Notes under the pieces: generated by a model
Databases searched by the model: none
What the model was told of the DNA's origin: nothing
What the model saw: only the letters and a program-made list of their open reading frames with translations
Shown here: in pieces, positions 40,903 through 50,448 of the stretch
How positions within the stretch are numbered: position 1 is the stretch's first letter
Layout: the number at the start of each line of letters is the position of its first letter
Translations under genes and position numbers: made by a program
Source of the DNA: an uncultured Gemmatimonadales bacterium
GTDB lineage: Bacteria > Gemmatimonadota > Gemmatimonadetes > Gemmatimonadales > GWC2-71-9
Length of the DNA: 64,000 nt
Reading direction: 5' to 3'
Assembly: GCA_963795085.1 (NCBI GenBank)
Contig: CAWCFX010000006.1
Location: 704,001 to 768,000 of the forward strand

Positions 40903-41562
40903 ATGACCGGCCTCATGCTGGTCAAGTCCGGGATGATCAGGCGGGTCAACGCGTTCCTCGCGGCCAATCCGCTGGGTTATGCCGAGGGTGACGAGGTGGT
41001 CGCCCGGCTGGGGCAGAAGGTGGCGCGGCTCAACGCGCTCGAAGTACAGCAGGAATCGGGACTGCAGTCCTCCCGCAGCAGTGCCATCCACCGCCGCGAG
41101 CTGCGCCGGGCCATCACCCGCATCACCCTGTTCCACGTCCTCAGGGTGGCGAAGCTGCTGGCGCCGGACCACCCGGGCGAAGCGGGCGGGATCCAGCGAC
41201 CCCCGCCGGGCAGGGGCGAACAGTCCTTCCTCACCCGGGTGCAGGCGATCGTGCAGGAAGTCGAGGCCCATCTCGATGCGTTCCTCCACGCCGGGCTCTC
41301 GCCGGAGGGCCTGGCCGAGCTGAAACAGCAGCTCGCCACCTACAAGCAGGCCATGTTGGATGCCCATGCGGCACGCCGGGCCCACACCGGGGCACGGGCC
41401 GAGCTGGAGCAGCAGATCCGGGAGCTGATGCGGATGGTGCAGGTGATGGACGGCATCGTCGGCCTCCGGTTCCGGGACAAGCCGGAACTCATGGGCGCCT
41501 GGAAGAGCGCCCGCAACGTGGCCTGGCCGGTGGAGGAGAGTAAGCCGGCGGAAGCGGCGTGA
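40903..41562 (+). CDS. Hypothetical all-helical protein (219 aa)
   Basis: Strong GGGAGG RBS, GC-rich third positions, amphipathic helical pattern ending AWKSARNV. Confidence 0.8.
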   Translation: MTGLMLVKSGMIRRVNAFLAANPLGYAEGDEVVARLGQKVARLNALEVQQESGLQSSRSSAIHRRELRRAITRITLFHVLRVAKLLAPDHPGEAGGIQRPPPGRGEQSFLTRVQAIVQEVEAHLDAFLHAGLSPEGLAELKQQLATYKQAMLDAHAARRAHTGARAELEQQIRELMRMVQVMDGIVGLRFRDKPELMGAWKSARNVAWPVEESKPAEAA

Positions 41563-41852
41563 CAGTGGGACAGTGGGACAGTGGGTCAGTGGGTCAGTGG
41601 GTCAGTGGGTCAGGGGGCAGTGGGTCAGTGGGTCAGTGGGTCAGTGGGTCAGTGGATCAGTGGATCAGTGGGTCAGTGGATCAGTGGATCAGTGGGTCAG
41701 TGGGACAGTGGGACAGGGGGACAGTGGGGCAAGCTCCCGTGCGTCCCACTGACCCCCTTGCCCACTGACCCACTGTTTTCCCACTGACCCAATTGTTTGC
41801 CCACTGACCCACTGTTGTGTCCCACTGACCCCCTTGCCCCCTGACCCACTGT
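41563..41852. repeat. Composite octamer element: G arm, core in reverse orientation, C arm
   Basis: GTGGGGCAAGCTCCCGTGCGTCCC at 41724-41747; lies between two convergent stop codons. Confidence 0.95.
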
Positions 41853-41861
41853 TGCTTGCCC

Positions 41862-42974
41862 TCAGTGGCGCAACGTCTGCAGTGAACAGTTGGAGCACAC
41901 AGCACGAAGCTCCCCCTCCAGCGCCGGCCAGGCCCGGCCCAGCTCGGCCACCGTCAGTGGACGGGAGCGCAACCGATCCGCATACGTTCCCAGGATGGCG
42001 GCCACCCGCTGCGACCCTCCCCCATCCAACCCGTTCCGCAGCCGCAGCAGGGTGGTGAAATACTCCTCCCCACCCGCTGCCAGGGCGGCCATGAGCGTCA
42101 CCGAGTCGGGCTGGACGGTTCCCTCGGGCGCGGCACCCAGCCGGAGCCAGGGGAGCATCCAGTTGTCGGTGGCGAAGAGGCCGGCCGGGTTGTCGGCCCA
42201 GAGCCAGGCATGGAGCACCGCGATCCGAGGACCCGCCATCGTGTCGGTCGCGCCGCCGGCCGCGTGGCTCGCGATGAAGCTCTCTTCGTCCACCGAGCCG
42301 GCATGGTAGTGCCACGCCGAGGGGGGGGCCGGAACCGGTGAGCTGGGCGCCTGGTCGTAGGCCAGCTGGGCGTAGGCGACGCCGGCCAGCACCGGCTGGC
42401 CGGCAACAGTGATGTACTCGAGAATAGGCGGCCGCAGGGGATCGATCTCGCCCCGCATGACAATCGCCCGGTTGAGCCAGTGCTCTCCCATGCTGGGAAA
42501 ATCGGGGCCGATCCGGCGATAACCGTCCTTCAGCGCTTCCCGCTGGTCGCGGTAGCGCGCCGTGCTCTCCCGCACCCGATCGGCGAAGGAGTCGATGTCC
42601 CCCACCACGCGCCGGCCATAGGCGCGCCGCAGCTGGCTCTCCAGTTCGGCCGAGACGCCCTGCGGATACCGGCTGATCAGGCGCAGCCGCTCCCGGGAGT
42701 CGCCCCGCAATCGCCCGTCGAAGGAGACCTTGGGCGCACTTCCGGTTTGCACCTGGGACAGCGGGACCCGGATGAGCTGGCTGTTCCGGAGGATCAGGAG
42801 GGCGTTCTGCTCTACCGCGAGCAGCTCCCCCGAGATCCGCGTCTTATCGCTGAGCTGAAGCTGGACCGTCGCACCGGCCGGCCCCTGGGCCGGCGCATAG
42901 TTGTTGGCATGCGTCCCCACCGTGCACGCGGCCATCACCATCACGCCCAGGCCAAGGGCAGTCTGGATTCGCAT
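41862..42974 (-). CDS. Hypothetical two-domain lipoprotein
   Basis: MRIQTALGLGVMVMAAC lipobox; C-terminal domain with MGEHW, WHYH and LHAWLWADNPAGLF. Confidence 0.7.
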   Translation of the reverse strand: MRIQTALGLGVMVMAACTVGTHANNYAPAQGPAGATVQLQLSDKTRISGELLAVEQNALLILRNSQLIRVPLSQVQTGSAPKVSFDGRLRGDSRERLRLISRYPQGVSAELESQLRRAYGRRVVGDIDSFADRVRESTARYRDQREALKDGYRRIGPDFPSMGEHWLNRAIVMRGEIDPLRPPILEYITVAGQPVLAGVAYAQLAYDQAPSSPVPAPPSAWHYHAGSVDEESFIASHAAGGATDTMAGPRIAVLHAWLWADNPAGLFATDNWMLPWLRLGAAPEGTVQPDSVTLMAALAAGGEEYFTTLLRLRNGLDGGGSQRVAAILGTYADRLRSRPLTVAELGRAWPALEGELRAVCSNCSLQTLRH

Positions 42975-42976
42975 GG

Positions 42977-44569
42977 TCACCTCACCGGAACGCGGGTGGC
43001 GAAGAAGCGCTGCTCCAGGCTGTCCTGCACCTGGCCCCAGCGCCGCATCGCTTTCTGAAGCGCGACATCGCCCGGCTGGAAGGTCGTGGTGTCCCGGTGG
43101 TTCGCGATCCAGCCCCGGCGAACCCACTCGATGTAGTACCCCTGGGAAGCAAGCAGGAAGGTTCGTTCCCGCCCGGCCGCCGCATCGCCCACGTCCCACC
43201 GGGCGATGAAGGCCTGGCCCGCCTGGGTCTGCAGATACCGCTCGTCGTTGGCCAGCACGCCGGCGAACGCCTCCGGCTCGGCACCCCCTTCGAGCGAAGT
43301 GAGCTGGGCCAGGGGAAGAATGCGGAGAGCCGGACGAGCGACGTGATGGGCCAGGGCGACCCGGTCGATCCGCCAGTTATCCGCCGGGAAACGGATGCGC
43401 AGCCGCAATTCCGAACCGGTCGCCGAGAGGGGAATGGCCACGTCCTTCCAGGCCACCGGTCCGGAGTCCTTCACCCGGGCCACCGGCACCCAGCTCCCGT
43501 TGCGCCACGCCTCGACCGCCATGCCCATCCTCGAGCCATACCACGCCCCCAGCTCGAGGGCTGGACCGATGCGCGACAGGTGCCGGCCCTGCCAGTCGAG
43601 GGAGCGGGCGCCCGGATCGCCCAGCATGATGTCGTACAGGAGCACGGTATTGAGCAGGCTGTTCCGCAGCCGAAGGACCAGTGCCACCGAATCGCCGGGA
43701 CGGGTCTCATCGAAGGTGAGTTCGATCCAGTCTTCCAACTGGGCGCACGGATGGCCGCCGGTACATTCGGCCGATGCGGCCTGGTTCATGACCGAGGCGG
43801 CGGTCTGGTAGACCCGGCCGTCCGCGCCCAGGACCAGATCGTGAACATCCCGTCCGCTCCGGTCCTTCGCACTGCGCGACGCCACCTGGCGGGAGAGCAC
43901 CAGCGGGTTGCCCTCGTGGTCCGGCAGGACGAACCCGCCAGGATCGTGGGTCGCCTCCAGCAGCTCCAGATGATTGATGTAGTGGGTCTCAAACGCCTCG
44001 TTCCGCACTTCCAGGCGGAAGGTCCCGTTGGGATCGGGCCGGCCCCGGAGCCGGTCCACGTCCCTCGCCTCAAAGAGCGGGGCCACGCTGTAGGAGAAAC
44101 CCTCGGCTTCGAGCACCGGGATCCCGGCGCTGTCGCTGTAGTAGGTGGGACAGGAGCCAAAGCACTTGGGGTCGATGGCACAGGCGATGCCCACCCCAAT
44201 GCCAATGACCCCCGCCGTCGCCAGCAACGAGATCCCCACCGACGCGCCGCCATTGATCGCCGTCTGGTAGCTCTCCAGCCCGATCACGCTGTCGAGGGTC
44301 AGGGCGCTGATCGTCGTGGGGTTCTTGAGGGTGAGATCGTACCAGGTGCCTTCGCCGAGCAGGCGGTTCCGCAGGACCAGCACGCCTTTGGGGTAGACGA
44401 CGGTGGCACCATCGATGAGGTGGGCCTTGACCGGCGTCCGCACCAGGACCGAGTCGCTTCCCCGGTCGAGCTCCACAACGGTCACTTTGCGGACCAGGAA
44501 GCAGGCGGAGAGGCCGGCGAGCACGAGTGCCCAGAGCCAGCGGGGCGGAGCAATGCGGAGGGCGAACAT
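42977..44569 (-). CDS. Hypothetical lipoprotein with internal TM segment and CFGSCP motif
   Basis: LSAC lipobox, hydrophobic segment, DPKCFGSCPTYY; 2-nt gap to the next gene. Confidence 0.72.
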   Translation of the reverse strand: MFALRIAPPRWLWALVLAGLSACFLVRKVTVVELDRGSDSVLVRTPVKAHLIDGATVVYPKGVLVLRNRLLGEGTWYDLTLKNPTTISALTLDSVIGLESYQTAINGGASVGISLLATAGVIGIGVGIACAIDPKCFGSCPTYYSDSAGIPVLEAEGFSYSVAPLFEARDVDRLRGRPDPNGTFRLEVRNEAFETHYINHLELLEATHDPGGFVLPDHEGNPLVLSRQVASRSAKDRSGRDVHDLVLGADGRVYQTAASVMNQAASAECTGGHPCAQLEDWIELTFDETRPGDSVALVLRLRNSLLNTVLLYDIMLGDPGARSLDWQGRHLSRIGPALELGAWYGSRMGMAVEAWRNGSWVPVARVKDSGPVAWKDVAIPLSATGSELRLRIRFPADNWRIDRVALAHHVARPALRILPLAQLTSLEGGAEPEAFAGVLANDERYLQTQAGQAFIARWDVGDAAAGRERTFLLASQGYYIEWVRRGWIANHRDTTTFQPGDVALQKAMRRWGQVQDSLEQRFFATRVPVR

Positions 44570-44675
44570 GTGGCCCTTTCGACGGGGATTCCTCGAACGG
44601 CTCGAGGGTCAGTATCCGCGCCGAACAAGGTCCGGCAATGTCAGGGACAAGTCAAGCAGTCGGAGAGGGGCGAAA

Positions 44676-44794
44676 AAGGGGGCAAGGGGGACAGTGGGTC
44701 AGTGGGACAGTGGGTCAGTGGGTCAGTGGGACAGTGGGACAGTGGGACAGTGGGTCAGTGGGACAGTGGGACAGTGGGTCAGTGGGACAGTGGG
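44676..44794. repeat. Octamer array, G-rich arm left of the hydrolase gene
   Basis: AAGGGGGCAAGGGGG followed by CAGTGGGW units. Confidence 0.97.
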
Positions 44795-44806
44795 TTATGT
44801 TCACCC

Positions 44807-45382
44807 ATGCCCACACCGGTTCTCTTCATCCAGGGTGGCAGCGAAGGCGCGCATGCCGCCGACGCCGAGCTCGCGGACAGCCTCCAGCGGGCGCTGGGGC
44901 AGGATTATGCCGTGGCGTACCCCGCAATGCCTGGCGAGGAGGAACCCAACTACCTGGCGTGGAAGGCCGAGATCCTGCAGCAGCTCAAGAGCATGGGGTC
45001 CGATGCGGTCCTGGTCGGGCACTCGATCGGGGCCTCAGTCATCAGCAAGCTCCTGACCGAGGAGCCGCCGCCGGTTCGCGGCGTCTTCCTCATCGCCGCG
45101 CCATTCTGGCACACCCACGATTTCTGGAACTGGAAAGAGGCGGAACTGCCGGGAGATGCTGCGGCCCGAGTGCCGAAAAACGTGCCGCTCTTTTTCTATC
45201 ACGGTCGGGAGGACGAGACCGTCCCGATTGCCCACCTCAAGATGTACTCCCGGCTCTTCCCCGAAGCGACCATCCGCCGGCTCGATGATCTGGATCATCA
45301 ACTGAAAGGCGACCTCTCGGCGGTGGCAGAGGACATCAGGGGACTGGATGAAGGACCCAGTTCCCCGCGAACTCCGCGGTGA
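44807..45382 (+). CDS. Alpha/beta hydrolase (YdeN/RBBP9-like)
   Basis: VLFIQGG, LVGHSIG nucleophile elbow, HGREDETVP, DHQ. Confidence 0.85.
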   Translation: MPTPVLFIQGGSEGAHAADAELADSLQRALGQDYAVAYPAMPGEEEPNYLAWKAEILQQLKSMGSDAVLVGHSIGASVISKLLTEEPPPVRGVFLIAAPFWHTHDFWNWKEAELPGDAAARVPKNVPLFFYHGREDETVPIAHLKMYSRLFPEATIRRLDDLDHQLKGDLSAVAEDIRGLDEGPSSPRTPR

Positions 45383-45393
45383 GCTTTAGCTGT

Positions 45394-45502
45394 TGTCCCA
45401 CTGACCCACCGTCCCACCGTCCCACTGACCCACCGTCCCACTGTCCCACTGTCCCACTGACCCACTGACCCACTGTCCCACTGTGTGACCCACTGTCCCC
45501 CC
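45394..45502. repeat. Octamer array, C-rich arm right of the hydrolase gene
   Basis: TGTCCCAC/TGACCCAC/CGTCCCAC units ending at the stop of the MBL gene. Confidence 0.97.
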
Positions 45503-46645
45503 TTACTTCACTCTCCTATACACCCGCCCCACCCACCCACCCGGCAGCCCCTCCCCTGCCCCTTCGGCGCGCACCTCGTCCACCGTCTTGCCCGCCGCCT
45601 TGCGGGCCCGCACGAACTCGATGCCGTCCCGGGTCTTCCGGAAGATCGTCTCCAGCTCCGCCAGGTTGGTGACCGTGCCGTGCCCCGGCACCACGATGGT
45701 CTCCGGCGGCAGTGTCACCAGCAGGCGCCCCAGGTCCGCGATGTACCCCTGGATGTCCTCGATGCCGCCCAGCTCGAGGAAGGGGTTGGCGCCGGGGAGG
45801 AAGTTGTCTCCCGTGGCGAGGACCTTCTGCCGGGGGAACCAGGCGAGGACGTCGCCGCCGGTGTGGGCCGGCATCGGCACCAGCACGGCCGTGTCGGCGC
45901 CGCCGAGCGAGATGGCGTGGCGCGCTGAGACGGGCCGGATTGAGGCGGCGAAACCGTGAACGGGAATGGTGACGCCGGGGATGAACTCCTTGGCCTTGCC
46001 CAGCTCCTCGATGGTCGCCGGGTGCGCGAGGAGGACCGCGCCGGCGAACGCCGCGGCTCCGCCGGCGTGGTCTTCATGCTCGTGGGTGATCACCACCCAG
46101 CGCACCGCGTCCCGCCCCAGCTGCCGCGCCGCGGCGTGGCCGCCCGGGAGGTAGCCGGCATCCACCAGCAGGGTGCCCGCGGAACCCCGCACCGCGAGGA
46201 CGTTGCCGCCGGCGCCGGTGAGCAGCGTGATCCCCTCCGCCACCGGCACGGCGCGGAGCGCCAGCTCATCGATTCGCTTCACGATGCCGCGGTAGGCCGG
46301 CCGGTCCCGCAGCCGGTCGAAGCCGGGGTCCACCACGGAGACCCACGCCATGAGTCCCTCGATGTCCTCGTCCAGCATGGCGCCAAGCCAGCGCGCCGCC
46401 CCCTCGGCGTTGCCCTGGAGGGCGTGCCCCCGCGCGGCGTGGTACTGGAAGAACGGCCGGTTGAGGTCGCCCGCCGGCATCAGGGCGGCCGCGCTGTCGG
46501 CGTTCCGGGAGTAGCCGGCGGTATCGCCGCGTTCGAGGGCGGCGCTGCCCGCCCGGAGCATGGCACCGGGAGTCGGCGCGTCCTGTGCGTACAATGGGGC
46601 GGCGAGAAATACCACGGCGAGGAGGCTGCTATGAGTGAATGTCAT
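45503..46645 (-). CDS. Secreted MBL-fold metallo-hydrolase with helical N-terminal domain
   Basis: THEHEDHAGG (HxHxDH), AHTGGD, TGD, VPGHG. Confidence 0.87.
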   Translation of the reverse strand: MTFTHSSLLAVVFLAAPLYAQDAPTPGAMLRAGSAALERGDTAGYSRNADSAAALMPAGDLNRPFFQYHAARGHALQGNAEGAARWLGAMLDEDIEGLMAWVSVVDPGFDRLRDRPAYRGIVKRIDELALRAVPVAEGITLLTGAGGNVLAVRGSAGTLLVDAGYLPGGHAAARQLGRDAVRWVVITHEHEDHAGGAAAFAGAVLLAHPATIEELGKAKEFIPGVTIPVHGFAASIRPVSARHAISLGGADTAVLVPMPAHTGGDVLAWFPRQKVLATGDNFLPGANPFLELGGIEDIQGYIADLGRLLVTLPPETIVVPGHGTVTNLAELETIFRKTRDGIEFVRARKAAGKTVDEVRAEGAGEGLPGGWVGRVYRRVK

Positions 46646-46777
46646 CGGATTCCCTGGAAAGTGAGCGCGGTACGGCGTCGCCCTACAGACGAGCCAACGC
46701 TCCCGATTGTGACAAGCGAAAACCCCGCACCGAAGCGGTGCGGGGTTCTCCGCCGGCTCCTGGGCCGGTCGGCCTGC

Positions 46778-48886
46778 TCAGCGCTTGCCTTCCATCTCGT
46801 CCGCCAGGGCACCCGCATCATACACTCGACGCAACGCTTCGATGATGCCCCGGGAGTCCACGTACACCGACCGGGCCACCCGCTCGGTGAAGAGGAACCG
46901 GTTGGGCAGCATCTCCATGTTGCCGTCGAAGATCAGGCCCACCACCCGCGCCTCCCGGTCAATCACCGGGCTGCCGGAGTTGCCGCCGATGATGTCCGCG
47001 GTGGAGACGGCATTGAACGGCGTCGCCAGGTTGAGCGAGTCGCGCCGCTCGGCCCACCGGGGCGCCAGGTGAAACGGCTCTTCGCCGGCAAAGGCGTAGT
47101 GGCGGTCATAGAGGCCGTAGAACGTGGTGTACGGTGGCGCCCAGGTGCCGTTGAGCGGATACCGCTTCACCAGCCCGTCCGAGATCCGGAGACTGAAGGT
47201 CGCATCCGGCGCCACCGCGTTGCCGAAGACGGCGAGCAGGGCCCGCGCGATCTGCTCATCGCTCCTGGCTTCGTCGCTGGCCAGGTCGGCCGCCCGCTTC
47301 GCGAGAGTCCGCTCCAGCGGGTCGATGATCCGGGCCAGCCGGATGAACGGATCGTCCGAGGCGAGGATCGCCGAGGCGCCGCCATCCATCAGGGCCTTCC
47401 GGCCGGCGGCGGTCTTGAGGGCGCTGGCTTCGACCATCGCGCGGGCGGCGGCCTCGGGGCTCCTGCCGCCCAGCGCCGCGGTGAGCACCGGGTCGGTCGC
47501 GGGCAGGTCCTGTTTCATCGCCGTGAGCCAGGCGGCGAGGAGCCGGATCTCCTGCTCCGGGTCCACCGGCGTGGCGGAGGCGAGGGCCCGTTCCAGTGAC
47601 GCCTTGTTCGCGTCGCGATAGGCCGAGAGTCGGGCGCTGTCCGGCTTCGCCATTTCGGAAGGCCAGCGCACCAGCACGGCGGCGAGGGTGAGCATCCGGC
47701 TGCCGTAGGCGCTGAAGGCGTGATAGCGGCGGCGCTTATCAATCGCCTTGAGGGCGGCCCGCGTGCTCGTGACGCCGGTCCACGCCCCGCCGAACCGCTG
47801 CTGGAAGCGCGCGTTCGCCTCCACCTTGCTGCGGAACGCCTGCTCCCACGCCCGCTTCTGCGCCATGAGCCGGGGGTCGAGCAGCCCGGACTGGTAACCG
47901 GTGATGGCCTTCTGCGTGTTCTGCAGCCCGAAGATCGTGTTGCGGAGCGCCTTGGCCCGCTCTTCGCTCAGCGCCGACAGCTCCTGGTACACCGCGATCT
48001 GCCGCGCCAGCTGGTCCAGCTGGGCGGGGTACTGCACGTCGCGGAGATACTCCAGCTGGGCCATCGTGTTGAGCCGGCCGGTGGAGCCGGGGTTGCCGGT
48101 GACGAACACCAGGTCTCCCTCTTTGGTGCCGGCGGGGCTCCAGCGGAAATACTCGGTGCTGGCCGGTTTGCCGTCCGCGTAGGCGCGCACCATCGCCATG
48201 TCGAGGTCGAAACGGGGATAGGTGAAGTTGTCGGGGTCGCCGCCGAAGAACCCGGTCTGCGACTCCACCGCGAACACCAGCCGCACATCGGTGAGCCGGT
48301 GGAAGCGGTACAGCTTGTACTGCCCGCCCCGGTACATGGTGACCACCTGGCAGGCGGCGTTGGGCGTCGCCGCCCCGCAGGCCGTCTCCAGCCGCCGGAT
48401 GGCGGCGGCCCGCCGCTCGGCCGCCACGCCGGCCGGCGTCGCCGCGGCGATTCCCGCGTTCACGCTGTCGGTCACATCGGTGATGGCCTGCAGCTGGTCG
48501 AGGAAGAGCCCCTCGCAGACCCGCTCGTCCTCCCGCCTCGACGCATAGAACCCGTTGCCCAGCAGGTCCTCGCCGTCCCGGGTGGAGGATTCAATGCAGG
48601 CCCGGGCACAGTGATGGTTGGTCATCACCAGCCCGTCGGGCGAGACAAAGGAGGCAGAACAGTTACCGCCGTAGCGGACCGACGCGAGGCGGACATGGTC
48701 CAGCCACTCCGCCGGCGGCGTGAAGTTGTAGCGCTGGGCCCAGTACTCCGTGGGCGGGGCGTCGAAGGTCCACATCTTCCCGGTCTCGAGTCCGGGGTAC
48801 TCGCCACTCGCAACCGTCTGGGCGCCGGCCGGTGGTACCACGAGGAAAACCAGGGCCAGCGACAACAACAGGCGTAGGACTTTCAT
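46778..48886 (-). CDS. S46 family dipeptidyl peptidase
   Basis: GKMWTFD, CSASFVSPDGLVMTNHHC, FGGDPDNFTYPR, DIIGGNSGSPV. Confidence 0.93.
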   Translation of the reverse strand: MKVLRLLLSLALVFLVVPPAGAQTVASGEYPGLETGKMWTFDAPPTEYWAQRYNFTPPAEWLDHVRLASVRYGGNCSASFVSPDGLVMTNHHCARACIESSTRDGEDLLGNGFYASRREDERVCEGLFLDQLQAITDVTDSVNAGIAAATPAGVAAERRAAAIRRLETACGAATPNAACQVVTMYRGGQYKLYRFHRLTDVRLVFAVESQTGFFGGDPDNFTYPRFDLDMAMVRAYADGKPASTEYFRWSPAGTKEGDLVFVTGNPGSTGRLNTMAQLEYLRDVQYPAQLDQLARQIAVYQELSALSEERAKALRNTIFGLQNTQKAITGYQSGLLDPRLMAQKRAWEQAFRSKVEANARFQQRFGGAWTGVTSTRAALKAIDKRRRYHAFSAYGSRMLTLAAVLVRWPSEMAKPDSARLSAYRDANKASLERALASATPVDPEQEIRLLAAWLTAMKQDLPATDPVLTAALGGRSPEAAARAMVEASALKTAAGRKALMDGGASAILASDDPFIRLARIIDPLERTLAKRAADLASDEARSDEQIARALLAVFGNAVAPDATFSLRISDGLVKRYPLNGTWAPPYTTFYGLYDRHYAFAGEEPFHLAPRWAERRDSLNLATPFNAVSTADIIGGNSGSPVIDREARVVGLIFDGNMEMLPNRFLFTERVARSVYVDSRGIIEALRRVYDAGALADEMEGKR

Positions 48887-48910
48887 GAGAACTCCTCTGT
48901 CTCGGTAACT

Positions 48911-49406
48911 AAAGGGCAGAACAGTGGGTCAGTGGGACACAACAGTGCGTCAGTGGGTCAGGGGGTCAGTGGGACACAACAGTGGGTCAGGGGGTCAGGG
49001 GGTCAGGGGACACAACAGTGGGTCAGTGGGTCAGTGGGTCAGGGGGACACAACAGTGGGTCAGTGGGTCAGTGGGTCAGGGGGACACAACAGTGGGTCAG
49101 TGGGTCAGTGGGTCAGGGGTCAGGGGTCAGGGGTCAGGGGTCAGGGGGTCAGTGGGACACAACAGTGGGTACGTGGGTCAGTGGGTCAGGGGGTCAGTGG
49201 GACACAACAGTGGGTCAGTGGGCAAGGGCGTCAGTGGACGCACGGAAGCCTGGACCCACTGTCCCACTGTCCCACTTGCCCACTGTCCCACTGTCCCACT
49301 TGCCCTACTGTCCCACTGTCCCACTTGCCCTCTGTCCCACTGTCCCACTTGCCCACTGTCCCACTGTCCCACTGTCCCACTTGCCCTCTGTCCCACTGGC
49401 CCCCTT
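48911..49406. repeat. Composite octamer element (longest copy)
   Basis: G arm with GGGACACAACAGTGGG subunits, core at 49236-49259, C arm with CCCACTTGCCC variants. Confidence 0.96.
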
Positions 49407-49408
49407 CC

Positions 49409-49915
49409 TCAAGGCTCCACGTGCACCAACCTCACGTCAAACACCAGCGTGGCATTGGGCGGAATGCCGGGTCCCGGGCTCTGCCGGCCGTAGGCCAGCC
49501 GCGGGGGAATCACCAGGAGCCGACGGCCGCCGACTCGCATGCCCGCCACGCCTTCGTCCCATCCGGAGATCACGAGGCCTTCGCCCAGGTCAAAGGTAAA
49601 GGGGCGCGCGGCGGGGCTCTGATCGAAGAGGGTTCCGTCCGGGAGCCAGCCCGCGTAGGCCACCCGCACCCGGTTGCCGCTGGCGGCGGCCAGGCCGGGT
49701 CCGGCGAGCAGATCCTGGTAGTAAAGACCGGAGGCCGTCCGGGTCATCAGTGCGAGGTTGATCCTGAGCTCGGGCGCGAAGGTGAGGTCTTCCGGCTGCC
49801 CCGAGTTCTGATAGACCGGGCGCGGCGGAGCATCGGGGGCCGCGGCGGGCCGATGGGCGCATCCTGCCAGCAGCATCGCGACGAGCGCCAGGCCCGCGGA
49901 TACTGGGGACCTCAC
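49409..49915 (-). CDS. FKBP-type peptidyl-prolyl isomerase (lipoprotein)
   Basis: LAGC lipobox, VISGWDEGVAGMRVGGRRLLVIPP.LAYG, IPPNATLVFDV. Confidence 0.93.
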   Translation of the reverse strand: MRSPVSAGLALVAMLLAGCAHRPAAAPDAPPRPVYQNSGQPEDLTFAPELRINLALMTRTASGLYYQDLLAGPGLAAASGNRVRVAYAGWLPDGTLFDQSPAARPFTFDLGEGLVISGWDEGVAGMRVGGRRLLVIPPRLAYGRQSPGPGIPPNATLVFDVRLVHVEP

Positions 49916-50406
49916 TCGCCGGCCGCCTCGAGGGTGACGTCGAAGACCAGCGTCGCATTGGGCGGAATCCCGGCGCCGGGGCTCTCGTTGCCGTAGGCGA
50001 GCGAGGGCCGGATCACCAGCAGCCGGCGGCCGCCGACCCGCATGCCGGCGATGCCTTCATCCCACCCGGAGATGACCTGCCCGGTGCCGAGCACGAAGCG
50101 AATCGGGTCTCCCGCACCGCTCTGGTCGAACACCTGGCCGTTGGCCAGCGTGCCGACATACCCCACGCTCACCGATTTGCCTTTTTCGGCCAGCGCCCCG
50201 GTGCCCGGCTGGCGGTCCTGGTAGTAGAGACCGGACGAGGTCCGGGTCATCTTATCGAGATCCACCCGAAGTTCGGGCGAGTAGGTGAGGGTCTCGGGCT
50301 CGCCGGCCAGCGGCTTTGCCCCCTGCTTGCGAAGAGAATCCATGGAGCAACCGGTGCTGGGCAGCGCGAGCGCCGCGATGAGGAGGAAAAGGCGGGAAGG
50401 GATCAT
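49912..50406 (-). CDS. FKBP-type peptidyl-prolyl isomerase (second copy; start 50406 or 50415)
   Basis: VISGWDEGIAGMRVGGRRLLVI, IPPNATLVFDV; signal peptide with Cys. Confidence 0.93.
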   Translation of the reverse strand: MIPSRLFLLIAALALPSTGCSMDSLRKQGAKPLAGEPETLTYSPELRVDLDKMTRTSSGLYYQDRQPGTGALAEKGKSVSVGYVGTLANGQVFDQSGAGDPIRFVLGTGQVISGWDEGIAGMRVGGRRLLVIRPSLAYGNESPGAGIPPNATLVFDVTLEAAGE

Positions 50407-50448
50407 GGCGGGCATTATAATCGCGGAACACCGGGGGCCAAACCAGCA

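Noticed and set aside
48924..49599. ORFs reading VGQWDSGT / SHCPTVPL here and at other octamer arrays
   Set aside because: These are translations of stop-poor octamer repeats, with no RBS or coding bias.
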